DNA of 58,696 bases, counting the filler, from Platydemus manokwari (Eukaryota): assembly GCA_037951405.1 (NCBI GenBank). It is 4 parts of 4 records of this genome, joined end to end, with 100 filler letters (N's around TTAATTAATTAA, not from the genome) between each part and the next. Parts side by side here need not be neighbours in the genome. Positions count along the whole stretch, not along the records: positions 26,764 to 44,789 come from JBBMOY010599993.1; positions 44,890 to 58,696 come from JBBMOY011616962.1; 2 more parts are not named here. One strand, 5' to 3'. How positions within the stretch are numbered: the stretch's first letter is position 1; each line of letters begins with the position of its first letter. Below are positions 37,430 to 52,100 of the stretch, in pieces. Position numbers and translations under genes: made by a program. Under the pieces are notes generated by a model. That model worked only from the letters and a program-made list of their open reading frames with translations, was not told the origin of the DNA and did no database searches.

Positions 37430-39710
37430 CTGTAGATTATCATTAACCATTTTCTAACAGTATTAAGTGATAATTTATTATTAAATACTGAACAATACCT
37501 AAGTTATTTGACAGAAAAATTAAAATTTAATGAGAATAAAAAATAAAATTGTAATCATGCTGTTTGAAACACTAAAATAGAACACTCAGTTAATTCTTAA
37601 AATCAAAGTTAAAGTTAAATACTTTTATTTAAATACTCTTAAACTAAACGTTACGTTATAACGTTTTTATTTCGTACAGTTCTGAAAAAAAGTTGAGTTT
37701 TACCTTCTAAAAAGTATCGTTACGGTTCGGAAATTCTAGTTTGAATCTCTTAAAACAAAAGAAAAGATTTTATTGATAATTAAAGTTTCTCCAATAAGAC
37801 AATAAATGAACTTCTCCAATAAAAAGCAATCTTCAAAATGAAATTATATCGCTTTAGGCAAATCATTTTTTCCTGAATCGTTCGAACTTGTCTTCAATGT
37901 CTGCTAATCAATTTATCAAATTTGCCTGTTTTCGTTTTCATCTTGAAACATTGGGTTGCTCTTAAGTAATAACATAATTTAATTAATCAATTAAAATTTT
38001 AATTGAAAAAATCTTTATATTCTCCAAACTTCAATAATCATTTTTTGCAGATTAAAATTTTTTAAAGAGCACCTCAATTAACAATAGGGTCCTTTGACAT
38101 TATTTCATTAAATATAATTTTCTTGATTAAATTTGATAATTTAACTTTTAATCTTTTTTGTTTCTAAAGTTTCATAAGAAAATTGAATTTTACCAAGAAA
38201 TTTTAGTTTTAAAGGGAAATAAATAAAAATTTTTCTAAGCTTAAATGTTTTTTTCTGAATTGACGAAGTACTTTGATAATAGACTTAGAATGTTACTGTA
38301 AGAACTCCAAGAAAACATTATATTATCTATCTAAAATTAAATATTAAGCAATAGATTAAATTTTACTTTTATGTTTTATATCTTATAACAATTGGCAAAC
38401 TTAGGTTTTGGATTAGAAACAACAAGCAATTTTGTGTACTATTTAGTTTTATTTTTATAATGTTTTTTCAAAAAGCTGCATTGCTCTTAGAAAAAATCGA
38501 ATAACCACATTTTGTGTGACATCATTGTAAGTAAAAATCAATATGTTTAGGACGCTGAATCAAAACAAAATTGAGTTCTTAAACTAATTTTTCTTCTAAT
38601 CAAAATATTTTTCTTATATCTGTGGCATTGCTATCTACTTAATTATATATACATTTAATTATAAATACATTTAATTCTATACATATGATTTCTGGAACTA
38701 CATGTACCGATCAATTTATCCAAACTGTTAATAAAAATTTATATTTTTGAAATTTACCAAAATACTAGTCACACTCGGCCACAAGTTGTTGTTGCTCAAT
38801 ATAGCTAAATTAAATAATGTTTTAGTTAATTCAATATTATTTATTTAATAAAATATTTAAATTCAAAAATTAATTAACAACATATGAAATAACTAAATCA
38901 AAATTATAACTAAATTGTAATCAACCTGTGATAGTTAAAAACATATATAAAAGCCAGTAGAACGTTGTAGAAAATTTCAAAGGTTTTAGTTAAAAAATAT
39001 TTATTTTTATATAGATTACAGAATTTTGGAATCTTTCTCTACTTTCTTCTAATTTTCAAGGTAGTAGACCTTGATAATTTTAATTAATTTACAATTTGAC
39101 TTGGTTTCAAAATAAACATTTACTGAAATTTCAAAGCTTTCGCTTATTTGATTTTAAATTGCAAACTACTAAAAGTATTTTCGGTTACTTATACCAATTC
39201 TATTTCACATTACGGATTTATTTTATCCTTTTATTTTTGCTTGGCTCTGTTTAAATTTTTGTTGATAAAATTTTCATAACTTAAATATCATTATGGTATA
39301 ATCCTTTCAAAATAATTATACTTTAAGTCTGGGTTTATGTTTGATAGAAATTCGAAATTTGATGATTTAAAAAAGTCATACTGACCTGATTCAAGTTCAG
39401 TTGTGAATCAATTATAATTGAAACATGCTTGAGTATTGAAAAATTAACTGGTGTTTAATCTGTAAACGAATCAAAAATATTGCCCATGTTAGGATTTTAA
39501 AATTAATAATTAAATGATTATTTTAAATGGATAAGAGATTCATTTAAAAAAAATTAACGATCAATTTATTTAAATTTTTCAATTAAATATGATTTTGTGG
39601 TTTGAAGTTGTTATATTCACCTTGAGTTTGTATTTTATGAAATATTTGAAGTTAACACACCAAAGAGAAATAAAATATTTTACTATATAAAGATAATAAA
39701 ATAGTCTCAC

Positions 39711-39720
39711 NNNNNNNNNN
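39711..39720. other. 10-N scaffold gap
   Basis: Run of 10 N, different from the 100-nt linkers. Confidence 0.95.
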
Positions 39721-40471
39721 CACCAAATATGAGACTAATAATGAAAAATTACATTTTCTACAAAATCAAAAAATTAAAAATTTATAATTCTATTTGATTG
39801 TAGACTATTTCGACAATGTACTCATTTTATCAATGGTATTGAGAAATATGTCTGCTTCAGCTAATCGATAAAATGAAATACTCCTAAATTTGTTCACGGA
39901 CCAATGTTTGACATAAAGACTTTCGTATAAAATAAACGGTTTATTTTCTGAGACAAATGTATCATTTTATTGTTCGGTTTATTGCGAAGCGCTAGTGAAA
40001 TTGAGCAAATACGCCAAAATAATGAAGTCATCGTAATTGCATTTATTTCGTCCAGTATCTGTTGTTGATCGCCTTTAAGAAAGGAAATTAATCGACATCA
40101 CGCGATCTCAATGATTCATACGATGAGGAATGTGATTCGATCAACTTCCACTGCATATCACCCACATGAATATAAACTTGAGTTCTATGGAGTACATTTT
40201 CATCTTAAAAGACATAGTTCGTTTTTTAATAATGCATCATTTAGATATGATTCTTTGGAAAGCATTCGGTTTAATGATTCACCAAATTTGAAGGATATAT
40301 TCGACCTCTTTTTTATGGACAAAGTGAATTAAAATTTCAAGATCTTCCAAACATGGTATAAAGGAATTAATACAAAGCAAGACATTACTTATGGTATTCA
40401 AGGTCATTTAAAATCAAATATTAATTTATATTTTCATATTTTTTGATTAAATTTTTATTTGTACTATAATC

Positions 40472-40797
40472 CAGGGATGCGCAAACTTTTTAAATTGCGC
40501 CCCCATTTTTATTATATTAGCTACGGACGCCCCTAAAATGGGTACCATAATAGGTCATAACTCCCATATGAAATACTATTTAAATGAAATAAATATCTTC
40601 TTCATAGCAACTTATAATTCAAATTATGCTTTTTTATTAATTAATAATTTTATCACAAAATAAAAATTGCAGTTCATTGAAAAAAATTAAGCAACAATAA
40701 AATAAAATTTTATTTTAGAATTAAAAATTTTAGACGCCTTCAATATAATTTTTTGCGCCCCTCTTAAGGGACGCGCCCCCTAATTTGCGCACTACGG
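40472..40797. mobile_element. 326-bp hAT-type MITE with intact target-site duplication
   Basis: Imperfect TIRs CAGGGATGCGCAAA ... TTTGCGCACTACGG (10 of 14), subterminal GCGCCCC motifs at both ends, perfect 8-bp TSD CTATAATC at 40464-40471 and 40798-40805. Confidence 0.85.
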
Positions 40798-43700
40798 CTA
40801 TAATCGATATGTGGCTAATAATTTATGTATAAAATGCAATGAATTTAGAATTGCTGTGTTTTAATGTTGTTGCTTATCAATTATGTTGTATTCTCTCTGT
40901 CAAATATTTCCATTACTAGTAATCAGTTCAGATTGCTTTTCACAATATAAAAGAATTACTGATACAATCCAATATTCGATAATTGTCTTTGTCGAAATTC
41001 ATCCTTGGTTGTCTTTTAATATTTTAATACTAATGTGTTATCGAATGTGATTATGAATGCTCACATGCCAAAATTTGTTTTACTTTATCATATTCGTCTT
41101 TTCAAAGGATTTATCCAAAAACTGATATTTCTTTTCTCAGATGTTATCTTTGATAAAAAGCCGGCATTACAATAGCTGCTGCATGGAGACTACATATTCA
41201 TTAATACAGCAGTACATGATAATTTCCATTATTTAGAAATAAACTGAACCAAATAAGTAAGAAAAAACATTATTATAATAAAAAAAATTTATATTATTTT
41301 ATAAAATTTTATACACCATATAATATTTTATACTTAATAACTATAAATGTATAACTCTTAAAATTGTGTATCAGTAGAAATCAAAAGTCAAGAGATACAG
41401 AACCGAATCTGAAAAGAGAAACAAATTAATAGAATAACACATTGAAAATATAATAAAAGGTAAACGATTTCGAACGTGAAAGCCATTTTGAATCGAAGTC
41501 CCGATTCGATACAAGTGTCCAAGAGACCCAGAACCAGATATTTGAAGTGATTTTGAATAAATTTAAATGTGTCGTAATCTTCAGTCTTCTCATTTTGTGA
41601 TTGATCTGAATTTTTCTGTAAATATCTTATGTTCATCACTCATTTATAAGAAAATATATCGATTTGAGTCTGGAAATGCCAGAGTTCCTATTTGAAATTA
41701 ATTTAAAAAAATAACAATAAGTAATAAAAATAAATTTGATCTTTAAAATAAATAATTAACCAATTAAAAAAAGTCACCAGCTTTTAAGTCAGGGTCACGA
41801 TTATAAAACAAAAATAAAAAATTACTTTTATAGGCTTTACCTGAAAATGTTGTCAACACAACTGTAGCAGAAACCAAAGAAAAGTAAATAAGAAAAGGAC
41901 GAAAAATTATTTATGGAACAATATATTAATCGTAATTGACCAAACAGGTAGGAATTGCTCATAATGAGAATAGTATAAAAGTGTATTTATCAACCATATC
42001 GCATAATTTTTTATCATTTTTGGATTATCGTACTGGATAGTTTTAATATTACTTTTTATTTAAGTTTTACAATTTTGTCATAATTAATGGTTCAAATTAT
42101 CATCGAGAGCTGGAATCTTCTGAAAAATTACATAATATTAAAATTATTAAAAAAATTATGTTAAAAATAAACAAACCATATCAATATTTATAAAAGGATC
42201 TTGCAAAACAATACTGTTAAACTCTCAGTATTAAGATTATCAAAATAAAATTAAAATTTTGTTAAAAAGAAAAGATATAATATAAAAATTTAGGAATTTT
42301 TATATTTTGATAAAAAATGAAGACAAATCTGATGAGACAAATTTTGATTTTAAAATGTGACGTAATAAATAATATATTTGATCTGTTAAAAGAATGACTT
42401 GTGATTTAAATTTCGAGAATGAAGAAATTTTGGCCACTAACAGTTATTATTATCCACTTTGATTCATAATTTCACCAAGACCTATTCTATCAAATCTTTA
42501 TAAAGTCAATTTTGTTTGATATTCATTTTATGACTGTAAGACGCTTCAAGATTCATCAACAAATCATAACGGACAGAAGGCAATTAAGTAACTCTTATAG
42601 AAAATTGTAATTGTTTCGCATTAAATTATCATCAGTGGAGATTGCAAGCCGTATTAATTAGTCTGTGAATATCGAATGATATTTCTCCATTCCAATTAAT
42701 AAATTCTGGTGTCAAATTATGAAATATATCTTTTCCAATGATAAATTGCCAGTTAATCTCAATGATAAAATTTCCAATTAAGTTATGAAGACAACTAAAG
42801 TGTTGACATTGACTGACTTTCTTTGCTTTTGATTATATTGACAAAATCCTCCAAATTTATTTCACAGCTTTGATATGAATGGGCCAAGTTAAATATTTGC
42901 TTTTCAATTTACTTCAATGACTGGCAAAGAAATTTTTCTCAACAAACAAAATTTAATTCAAAAGCTTTTCAAATGAATTTTTGTGATTAAGGCAAAACGT
43001 TCTGTTCATTTCTAACGACTTCCAAAGTCCTAAGAACCCACAATGACATCAAATAATTACGAAATCAAGCGTGTGGAAAGATATGACCATTCTACAAACG
43101 ATATTTTCTTTTCATTATCACTCAATGATCGTTTTTATGACACCATAAGAGAAATATTTGCAAAATATTTTATCGCCCAATATCTAAATTAATCAATGAG
43201 AAAAAAATAACAATAGTTTGCTTTTACACTTGAGATCTATGAGTAAATATAAACTCACATCTCCAATTTTAAAGTGTTTAATAATGATGAAGATTTCTCT
43301 TTTCATTTGAAAGAGTTATCCATTCATTTTTTTCAAACAGTATTGACTAGATATTTCTAGTAATTATCTATGAGGTGACTTTGGTCGAAGTAAATAAATG
43401 CAACTGTACAATATTGGGACATTTAGAAGTATCAATTGATAATTTGGATTTACTGGCTGCAATTATTTCACAAAACACGAATCGAAAGTCGATGTTAAGA
43501 AAGTTCGACAGGAAAAGTATATTTTTTTTACCATATTTTAACAATTTTTCGATTATATTTAATTTTATTTTTCGATAATAAAATATCAAAACTTTAAAAT
43601 ACTCACATACGTTCTTAATATTGGTGATCTGGAGTAACAATAACAGCATAAATATTAATTTAATACAACAAAAATTATTAAAAAGACGATTTCAAATATG

Positions 43701-44733
43701 ATATCTTTTGGGCTTGATCGCTTATATAGGTATGGCTTATGAACTGTTTTTAATAGTAAACTAAATTAAATTAAAATAGTCACATAATCTGATCTTTATA
43801 AAAATTCGAAATGATCCACAGATATCTTAGCGTTTATATTTCAAAATTTGGTTCTCTTTTATAAATTAAATTGTGATAAATATCAAACTTTTTAAAAAAG
43901 AATTAAAAGTTTAAGTAACTAACCAAAATTATTTTCAAAATTATATATTATTGTATTATCAAATAATTCTTTAAGAAAATAATACAGATAATTTTTTACC
44001 TGTTCTACTATTTTAAATATTTATTGAATAAACAATCCTGAAAACCGAAATCAAGATAAATAAAAATCGTTAAATCTAAGATTGTGAAAAGAAAATATTT
44101 TAGCCGTCACTAAAGCTAAAAATTATTCACGTATTTAATAGAAATAAAATGAATATTTATTTAAAATATTACAGTGATTCATTACGTTTTGTTATGTCAG
44201 GTCATAATTTATACAGAAAAAATTCTAATTAATCTTCGAAATGTTCCATTATTGATCGATTTTTATGTTTCATGTTCATGAGAGTTATTAAAGATTTGCT
44301 ATGGAATATCAATGTTCTAATGCAAACCATTTAGGAAAATGTGATTTTTATAATAATTACTGATTAAATTAATTATTAATAAAGTATGCATAATAAATGT
44401 TATGTATATAAAAATAATTATTATCATTAATAATATTTAAACAAAAATTTATAAATAATCATTCATAGATAATAATTTATTTAATTATATAATTATTCAA
44501 CAATTTAATAAAAAACTCAAACAATACTTTAGGAAAAAGTTTTGAATATTAAATAACCGGATCGAACAGTCCAAACCAATGGTTATGAAATCAAGGTTCC
44601 ACTCTAGTGGTTCCGCAATTTCTAAATTTCTTAATTAGAAAAAAGAATAAATAAACAATATGTTAAATCCAATTTTGACAATCTATTTTATCATTATTAT
44701 AATTATATAATAATAATACAGGGTTATTCATGA

Positions 44734-44789
44734 TTATAATCTCATTTATTCAAATTTATAATCACATTTATTCAAATTTATAATCTCAT
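44734..44789. repeat. 22-bp tandem repeat running into the contig end
   Basis: TTATAATC(T/A)CATTTATTCAAAT repeated 2.5 times. Confidence 0.8.
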
Positions 44790-44889
44790 NNNNNNNNNNN
44801 NNNNNNNNNNNNNNNNNNNNNNNNNNNNNNNNNTTAATTAATTAANNNNNNNNNNNNNNNNNNNNNNNNNNNNNNNNNNNNNNNNNNNN
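44790..44889. other. Artificial contig linker N44-TTAATTAATTAA-N44
   Basis: Same 100-nt structure as the other two. Confidence 0.97.
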
Positions 44890-44961
44890 ATTTATATAGA
44901 AAAAAGAATAATAAAAAATCTATAATGAAATTACAATCGGGTTAAATATCTTGTCGACCAG

Positions 44962-44987
44962 TATATATATATATATATATATATATA
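44962..44987. repeat. (TA)n microsatellite
   Basis: About 13 TA units. Confidence 0.9.
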
Positions 44988-45032
44988 ATAACACGAATTT
45001 ATATAATATCGTCAACTATTAAATAAACTACT

Positions 45033-45160
45033 CACTATCATAAATAGATTACCATTATTTTTTATTATTTTATATTTTTGAAGCTGTAAACTCGAATATC
45101 TTTTTGAATATTATTCCGATTGTATTTTTGATAACATATTCCTGATCCACAACGTCTTCT
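45033..45160 (+). repeat. Dispersed direct repeat, copy 1 (copy 2 at 49039-49167)
   Basis: TCACTAT...AATAGATTA...TATATTTTTGAAG(C/A)TGTAAACT...TATCTTTTTGAATATTATTC...TTTTGATAA...TGATCCACAAC shared between the two copies. Confidence 0.75.
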
Positions 45161-46040
45161 CCATCAGGCGAGTTTATTCTTTGTCAAATTATCAATTTAT
45201 AGGAAATAAACTTTAATTAAAATTTTAACCCAAATCATGATTTCAACTCTAAGATTACATAAAACATTTTAACATCTCAGAGGTTTGATTACCCAAGAGA
45301 TAGAGTGTCCCATGACCAATGAGAATCAAGATGTGCTAATCAAAAGGTAAGATCCCGGAAACTAGAGAGACTCTTATTTCAGACTTATCAAAAGAAAGAT
45401 TAAAAAGCACAAACAAGAGCTGACCAATCGATCGGCTTCTTATAAGATTACCCTTGAATTCCTCTTATTGTATCGTTGTGTAATGAAATAAGTTCATTGG
45501 CTTAGAATCACCAACTTCTGTTTCACCCAAAGTGGTGAAAACCTGCACATTTATCAACCCTTATTCTGCATGGTCCCGTTGTTGATAAAGCCAGATTCTT
45601 CAATGATTCTCGTAACTATACTCTGTTTCGCCGGAGGCTTAGGCATAGTTTTTCTCATAGATCGTTTTTGAATGCTTTAAAACAACTAGATTTGCAACTT
45701 TGAAGCATGGTTTGTAGATATCAGCTGTTATATTTGAATCCGAACATGTATGTAAATAATCAAATCATGATCTTTTATCAATTCATTGCAATCTTTAGCA
45801 GAAGTCCTGGTTTTGGGCCAAAGAGGAACATCGTGGGTCATCCGGAGAGTATACAGCTTAAATTTTCAGATCTTCTCAATTGTCTTCTATTACACCCGAA
45901 TGATCGAAGAGCGGTGAGGTTTCTGTACTACCTTTTTTGCATTAAAACTCGGAGATGTTACTGTTTTCGGTCACTAAAATTTCCATCGTTGCCAGCTGAG
46001 TTTGACCACTGCTTTCTGTTCTGCGGGAGCTCTAAGACAA

Positions 46041-47200
46041 TTACTCACTTCCGTGAAGTTGAGAATTTCCTCTGACTTGTAGGCCTGATCCAACCCTCAC
46101 ATTATGAAGCATTTCATTTGGTGGTGATACCAGATCCGAGCAGTGTCGAATATTCGATGCAGAGATAAGATTGGCTAACTTGGTGATGTTTTTCTCTGAT
46201 ATCCCAAGCACCATAAACATATTGAGAGTTTTCTGTGGAACTGAACTCAAAAACTCTATCACAATAGTAGGAATAGTAACAATTCAGCGAGGCTTGTAAT
46301 GTTTTATCGTAACTCGCAGTAAAGCATGAACCAAGTTCCTTTCGTCAGCCTATTCCATCAACCGGTCCTTGTCAAGCGGGCATTTGATATCCAAACTGTT
46401 CTCGATATGTAAATCAACTCGAAGTTTTGAAACAGTGTCACACCCTTTAAGGTAAGATACTGTTTCATTTATATTAACCATCAAATCAGTTGAATTAAGA
46501 AATTGGTAAATCAATCTCAGACACTCATCATGTCTTAAAATAATAAAAGCCATGCATGGCACACATGACTGTAGCACATGTGTCAGCGAATCTACGATGA
46601 TTAAACATCGATCCTATCTTCGTTTAAGAGGGTCTTTTCAAAGACACGAGAGTTCAAAGAGAGCATGTTAAGCCTAGTAGGATGTATAAAGCGCCAAGCA
46701 TAACCTGTATTCTGATTGTTCCAAATAATTTTATTAACTCTCAAATTCTTACAAATGACACTTCCAAGCATCATTTGAAGTCAATTAAACAAATAAGAAT
46801 CTGCAAGCGCTTCGCGAAGAATATGTGTCACTTGACAGCTACAATTCTCACCAATTACCTACGTATGGAAACAACATCGTTCGCACGAATACAAACGCTA
46901 TCAACGTCGATTTCAAACTCCAATCTTAAAGTAACTGATTCCTTTAACCACTTGTAACCAATAGGTTTTCATTAGAGTTTTTACAACAACAGTGTCATTT
47001 AACCATTAGATTTGGACAGAAATCTTAGTTCTAGAAGCTTCGATCATTTCCATCGTTATTATATGCTGAAGCTTAAGAACATGAAATTTGATCAGTTTAA
47101 AAGCCTGAATAATCTGTTTTACATGGTACCAACCTAACGAATCCCAGAGACCAGCACCAACATGTCTTCTGTCCATATAGAGATAGCATATATCCTCACC
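46041..47200 (-). mobile_element. Relic of a non-LTR retrotransposon with restriction-like endonuclease (R2/NeSL/Utopia type), C-terminal region
   Basis: Ordered motifs on the minus strand: YLYMDRRHVGAGL (post-RT), RC...DSLTHVLQSC (zinc-knuckle remnant), RHD, LRVDL (PD-like), DIKCP, IVIEFLSSVP...VLGIS. Many stops and frameshifts. Confidence 0.7.
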
Positions 47201-49038
47201 ACCCTTCTAAAACAAGTAGTCAAATTGCCTGATATCACAGACTTATCGACCCTTTTGGTGCTCTTAACAAACACATTTTAATTTCCTTGGTTTGAAAACC
47301 AAAGATCAAATTTAGGAATAGAATGATTTTGACTGCATCTATCTTCTAATGACTAAGCAAGTCAGAACCTGCAACGCATTGCACAACTAGTAGGAATTTC
47401 AGTAGGATGGAATGCCAAAGGCAATTGCAATTTTATATTATCATATTTATTAATCAAATTATTTAAATTTATTAACCCTAAACTCCAAATAATATCAGGA
47501 ATTTTACTTTCATGGTCCAAAGAGATAGGCTATCGGCAAACCATAAAATTGGAGTCCAAGTAGAACACATCTCCATTGAGAGTGGACCCTGCTCTGAGTC
47601 CATCAGATATGCGTTCACTTATTCCTGGATATAGGAGATTGAAATTCTCCAAATCCGGAAATTTTCCCATAAGCATGGTCAGTTCATGCTGAGTCAGTGA
47701 AGAGCAGGTTTATCAATCACCTCTTTAAGCTTGAGGGAACTGGATGATACAGTCTGGTAGTCTCTTCTCTCGACGGAGACCAGAAAACACACTGTTCAAG
47801 TATTTATTACGCTCCTCAGCGTTAGACATTTACAGCGTGGCTAAATATTATGTAATTATTAAACAAGTATTAATTTACAGAAGCCGGTACCGGTACAAAT
47901 TCTTCACTAAGGTGAGGTTAAATAATCCATTTTCTCTATAAACAGAGAACATTTGTGTCCTAACACCCTTTGTAGTTTTGTCCTCCTACTCAACAAACAG
48001 TTTTTTCACACTCATGAAAACCCGTGGCCATGGCAATGAAACTGTTTGTATTGCATCGCAAACACCGTGATCAGCCAAAAACTTCGGACCATTTGCCAAT
48101 CTTCAACCAGACTCTTTTTAATAAGCTCAACTCTATTTTATTTATAGGCCGAATTTTGAGTACGAGTATGACCTGAATCGCAGGCACAGAGACATTATTT
48201 AGTGTTCTTTTTTGTCTGTTCCCGTTTATCTGGCTGTTTTGTTCTTACCCCCTTTTTATTATCCTTCTTCTCATTTCCATTATCCATATTTTTATATAAG
48301 AACTAACATTATCATTTATATTAACATTTGATTTATTATTAGTGCTATTGACATTATCATATTTTTTAACTTTCCTTTTTATAGATTTAGATTTTTGGAC
48401 TTTTGGTTATTTTGAATAACAGATTTATTAACAATAGTATTATGAGATTTATTATGAGAATTAAATTTTATTTCATCAGACAAAATAGTTTTAAAAGAAT
48501 TTTGATAGAGGTTAACTTTAGATTTAAGATTCTGGTTAATTAGAGCATTAATCTCATTAAAGTTTATTATATCAAATGTAGTAAAATCAAAATTATGATT
48601 ATTGATGAAAAGATATTCAAACATCTGGTCTTATCGTTATGGTTACGAATTATTTAAACATAATTTGAAATAATTATTGAAATTCATAAAATAATCTGAC
48701 ATAGAATTAATAAGTAATTAACATTATCGAAATTATTAAAATCATTAAAATTAGTTAATAATTAGTAATAATTAAAATAGATAAAAACAAAATAAATAAA
48801 ACAAAAATAACATGAAAGTTATTAATTAAAAATTTAGAAATATTAAAAATATTGGATAAAAACGTTAAAAATGTCAAGAAAAATCATGCATTTTTGTTAT
48901 AATTTTTAACATTTTCCAAATTTTTATATCCAACATGCTGATGTAATCATTATTTGCATGTTGAAGTTGCATACCATCAATTACGCATTCAGACATGTTA
49001 AGCATGTCTTTGTCCAGGTTCTTATACCACTATATATA

Positions 49039-49167
49039 TCACTATTATGAATAGATTATCATTATTATTATTATATTATATTTTTGAAGATGTAAACTTG
49101 CGTATCTTTTTGAATATTATTCTGATTTTAATTTTGATAAAAGATTCATGATCCACAACTCTTTCTC
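49039..49167 (+). repeat. Dispersed direct repeat, copy 2
   Basis: Aligns with 45033-45160; both copies are preceded by ACCA(G/C)TATATATAT. Confidence 0.75.
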
Positions 49168-52100
49168 TGTCACGAGTATGTTTTCCAACAAATTTTTATT
49201 TTACAGAAAATTAGCCAATATTTCAACTGATAATTTTTGAGCTACATTCGTTGAAATTTATATCATTGAAATTTATTTGTTTATACCAATTCATTTTGAT
49301 AAAACCATTCAAGAATTATTACACAATTTAAATCTTTTAAGCTATGGGTTATAGGTTAAGTTACGCAAACTTCTTTAATAATAAATATTTTTTCTGAATT
49401 TTTCGTGGTATAAGGAAGATTCTACTAGAAGATAGTGTCGTTGATTCCATTCGAAAGCGCTTACATAAAACGCAAACAGAGTCAATTCAGTAGTTAAATA
49501 TTTTAACAGCTTAGAGAAATACAATTTATTTGATTATACTGTGGTTTAAGATGAAAATGAAACGAAGTGGATTGTTGTGCCGAAATTCACTGATAGAAAC
49601 TAAGGAGATACCTTCACGAAGAGTTGCGCCGTATCGGTAGTAAGACGATGGTCGATTAAATTCAAAAGATTTACTTCTGGGTAAATATGTCAGGAAGCAT
49701 CGCACAAGAGGCACGAAATTGTGATGTTTGTGCTGAACGGAGACTATACACTTGTCGGACTAAAGAAGTTATGATTCCAAGAGAATAATTTGATCTATTT
49801 TGTGTACTTTGGGGAATTTATGACTAATAAAAGTATCTGTTGGTTATTGTCGATTGATTTAGCAACCCAGTAAGCTAAGTGCCTTTTATTCGACAAGACG
49901 AGACTAGTATTTCCAAGTCAATCATCGATAATTGGATCTATAAATATGGTTAGATAAAAATATGCTAATCAAAAAGTGCCGTGACCAGGATAAGAACCAA
50001 TACCCGTAAGAGGTTTTTGTGAGATAAAACTATACAATAGGACTATATGCGATACAATAGATAGTATTGATTGAGATTTTACAGTATTAATCTAACTCAC
50101 TTTGATTTGTACAATAAATCAAAATAATGGCTGATGGCTGGAAAACGAATTGAATATCTCGAAGGCTTGTATGGCAATATGATTGTATATTCTTTTGTTT
50201 TCCAAATTACGCACACACAATTAAGTGGTTTCTAACTAATAGGGCGGGTTGTGATGATTTCAACTCCTATTTATACTTTTCCTATGTCGGCGCTTATAAT
50301 GATTCCGAATAAAATATATTTCGATACGATATTTTAAATATCATATATATTTGTTGAATATTATTACAATAAAATTCCCCTATTGTATATTTATTCCAGC
50401 CATTATATTTCATCGTTACTATATTTTGAAATTATTATTTTAAAGTATCAATATATTTATTACGCAATCATATTAAATATTATAAACTATTTATTTCCAG
50501 AATTTCACATAAACTATAAAATATAAAAGTTATCGCTACGTTGCGATATTTCTTGCAAAATAAAATAAAATGCTTTAATTTAAACTTACAGTGGATAAAA
50601 TTGAATATTAATATAACCTTTTTACAAACTTTAATAAAAACCGACTAATTGATACAATTCAATCAGCTTCGAAAAATTATGAATTACTACAATATACATT
50701 TACATGGTTTATAAAATTGTTATTGTTAATTGTCAGAATTTACATTTGAGGATTGAATTTGTCAAAACCCCAACAATTATGATCAGCTTCAACATTATTT
50801 TCTTTTGTTTTATTTATTTTAATTTCATACCTTGTGAAACTCTTACAAATATTTACAAGATATGATGTTTGTTGATATTCCAAAACAATATCAGTGGATT
50901 TATTTAAATTTGTTTCTGTTGTTGCCGATGGATTAATAATATAAATCTTCCTTTTAATTTCATGTTTAAATTTATACAAGTTTTGATCTAATTTGCTCAT
51001 CATTTTTATATAAAAAAATTCAAGGAAAATATTTTATATTTTCTTTATTTGCAAATTTTCATTAAAATACATTTTATAGAATTATAAACATTGTCATGTC
51101 AACCATTTTAAGCCACTGATAACTTCCCTAATTCATAGAATAATTAATAAATTCACCCCTGTTGATAACTTTTGCATTTCAGTTTCTATTTGTCGCTTCT
51201 TATCTAATATTTATTTCAAATCTCTTAGGTATCTTATAGTATCGAAGCGTACTTGATGAACTGCGGCTTTATTTAAAAATAATCATCAATGTCCTCAGGC
51301 TATATTAGTTTTCCATAATTAATTCCAATTAGTATATTCTTCAAATTATCAGTAAATGCACTATAATTTCCTCATCTATTTAGACAAAAAATTTATCATT
51401 TAATTCATAAAATAAAATTCATGATTAAGGGTTTTTTATGTGTTGAAATTTGTCAATATCCGACGATACCTTGATTTAATAAATTTTTAGAATATTGCTT
51501 TTATGCAGCCTCCATATTAAATTTGTTTTGATAAGCAATGACGGCTCTCAAGTCCTTTATTCTTTTATTGATGTCAATACCATTTATAGCCATTTTTAAA
51601 TATAAAAAATGATATTATTTTTTACTAATTATTTTTTGTTTTTTTTAGTCTCGAAAAAAGATATGGGGTATTGAAAAAATATTTTTTGGCGGGGCATTAT
51701 CTCAAAACTGGCGAGGACTATCACTAAATTAAGAAAATTCTTTATGAAAATTCATAAATAATGCATGTCAAGAGTAATCGATGTTTCCTGAAACTAATAA
51801 TAACAATTTTTTCTGAAAATTTAAAGAAATAACACACGCGCTAATGGTACATTAAATACGTAAAAAATAAAAAACAAATTTTGAAGATAAAGTTAAAAAT
51901 AGAATTTTGAAAAATAAAAATAAACATCGCAGATGACAATAAAAAAATCGTATATCAATATTATAATTAATGTTACTAGCATTAAAATTAAATTATTATC
52001 ATTATTGATATGCCAAACTGCAAGGCAAACAACAAATTAAAATGTGTTTTTCATAACTTTTTCTTACAGTGACACTGTTGATGAAAAATACTCGAATCAT

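Noticed and set aside
42560-43650. Possible degraded gene or transposon on the minus strand
   Set aside because: Only isolated suggestive peptides (CHCGFLG, YLTWPIHI) among many stops; no ordered motif set.
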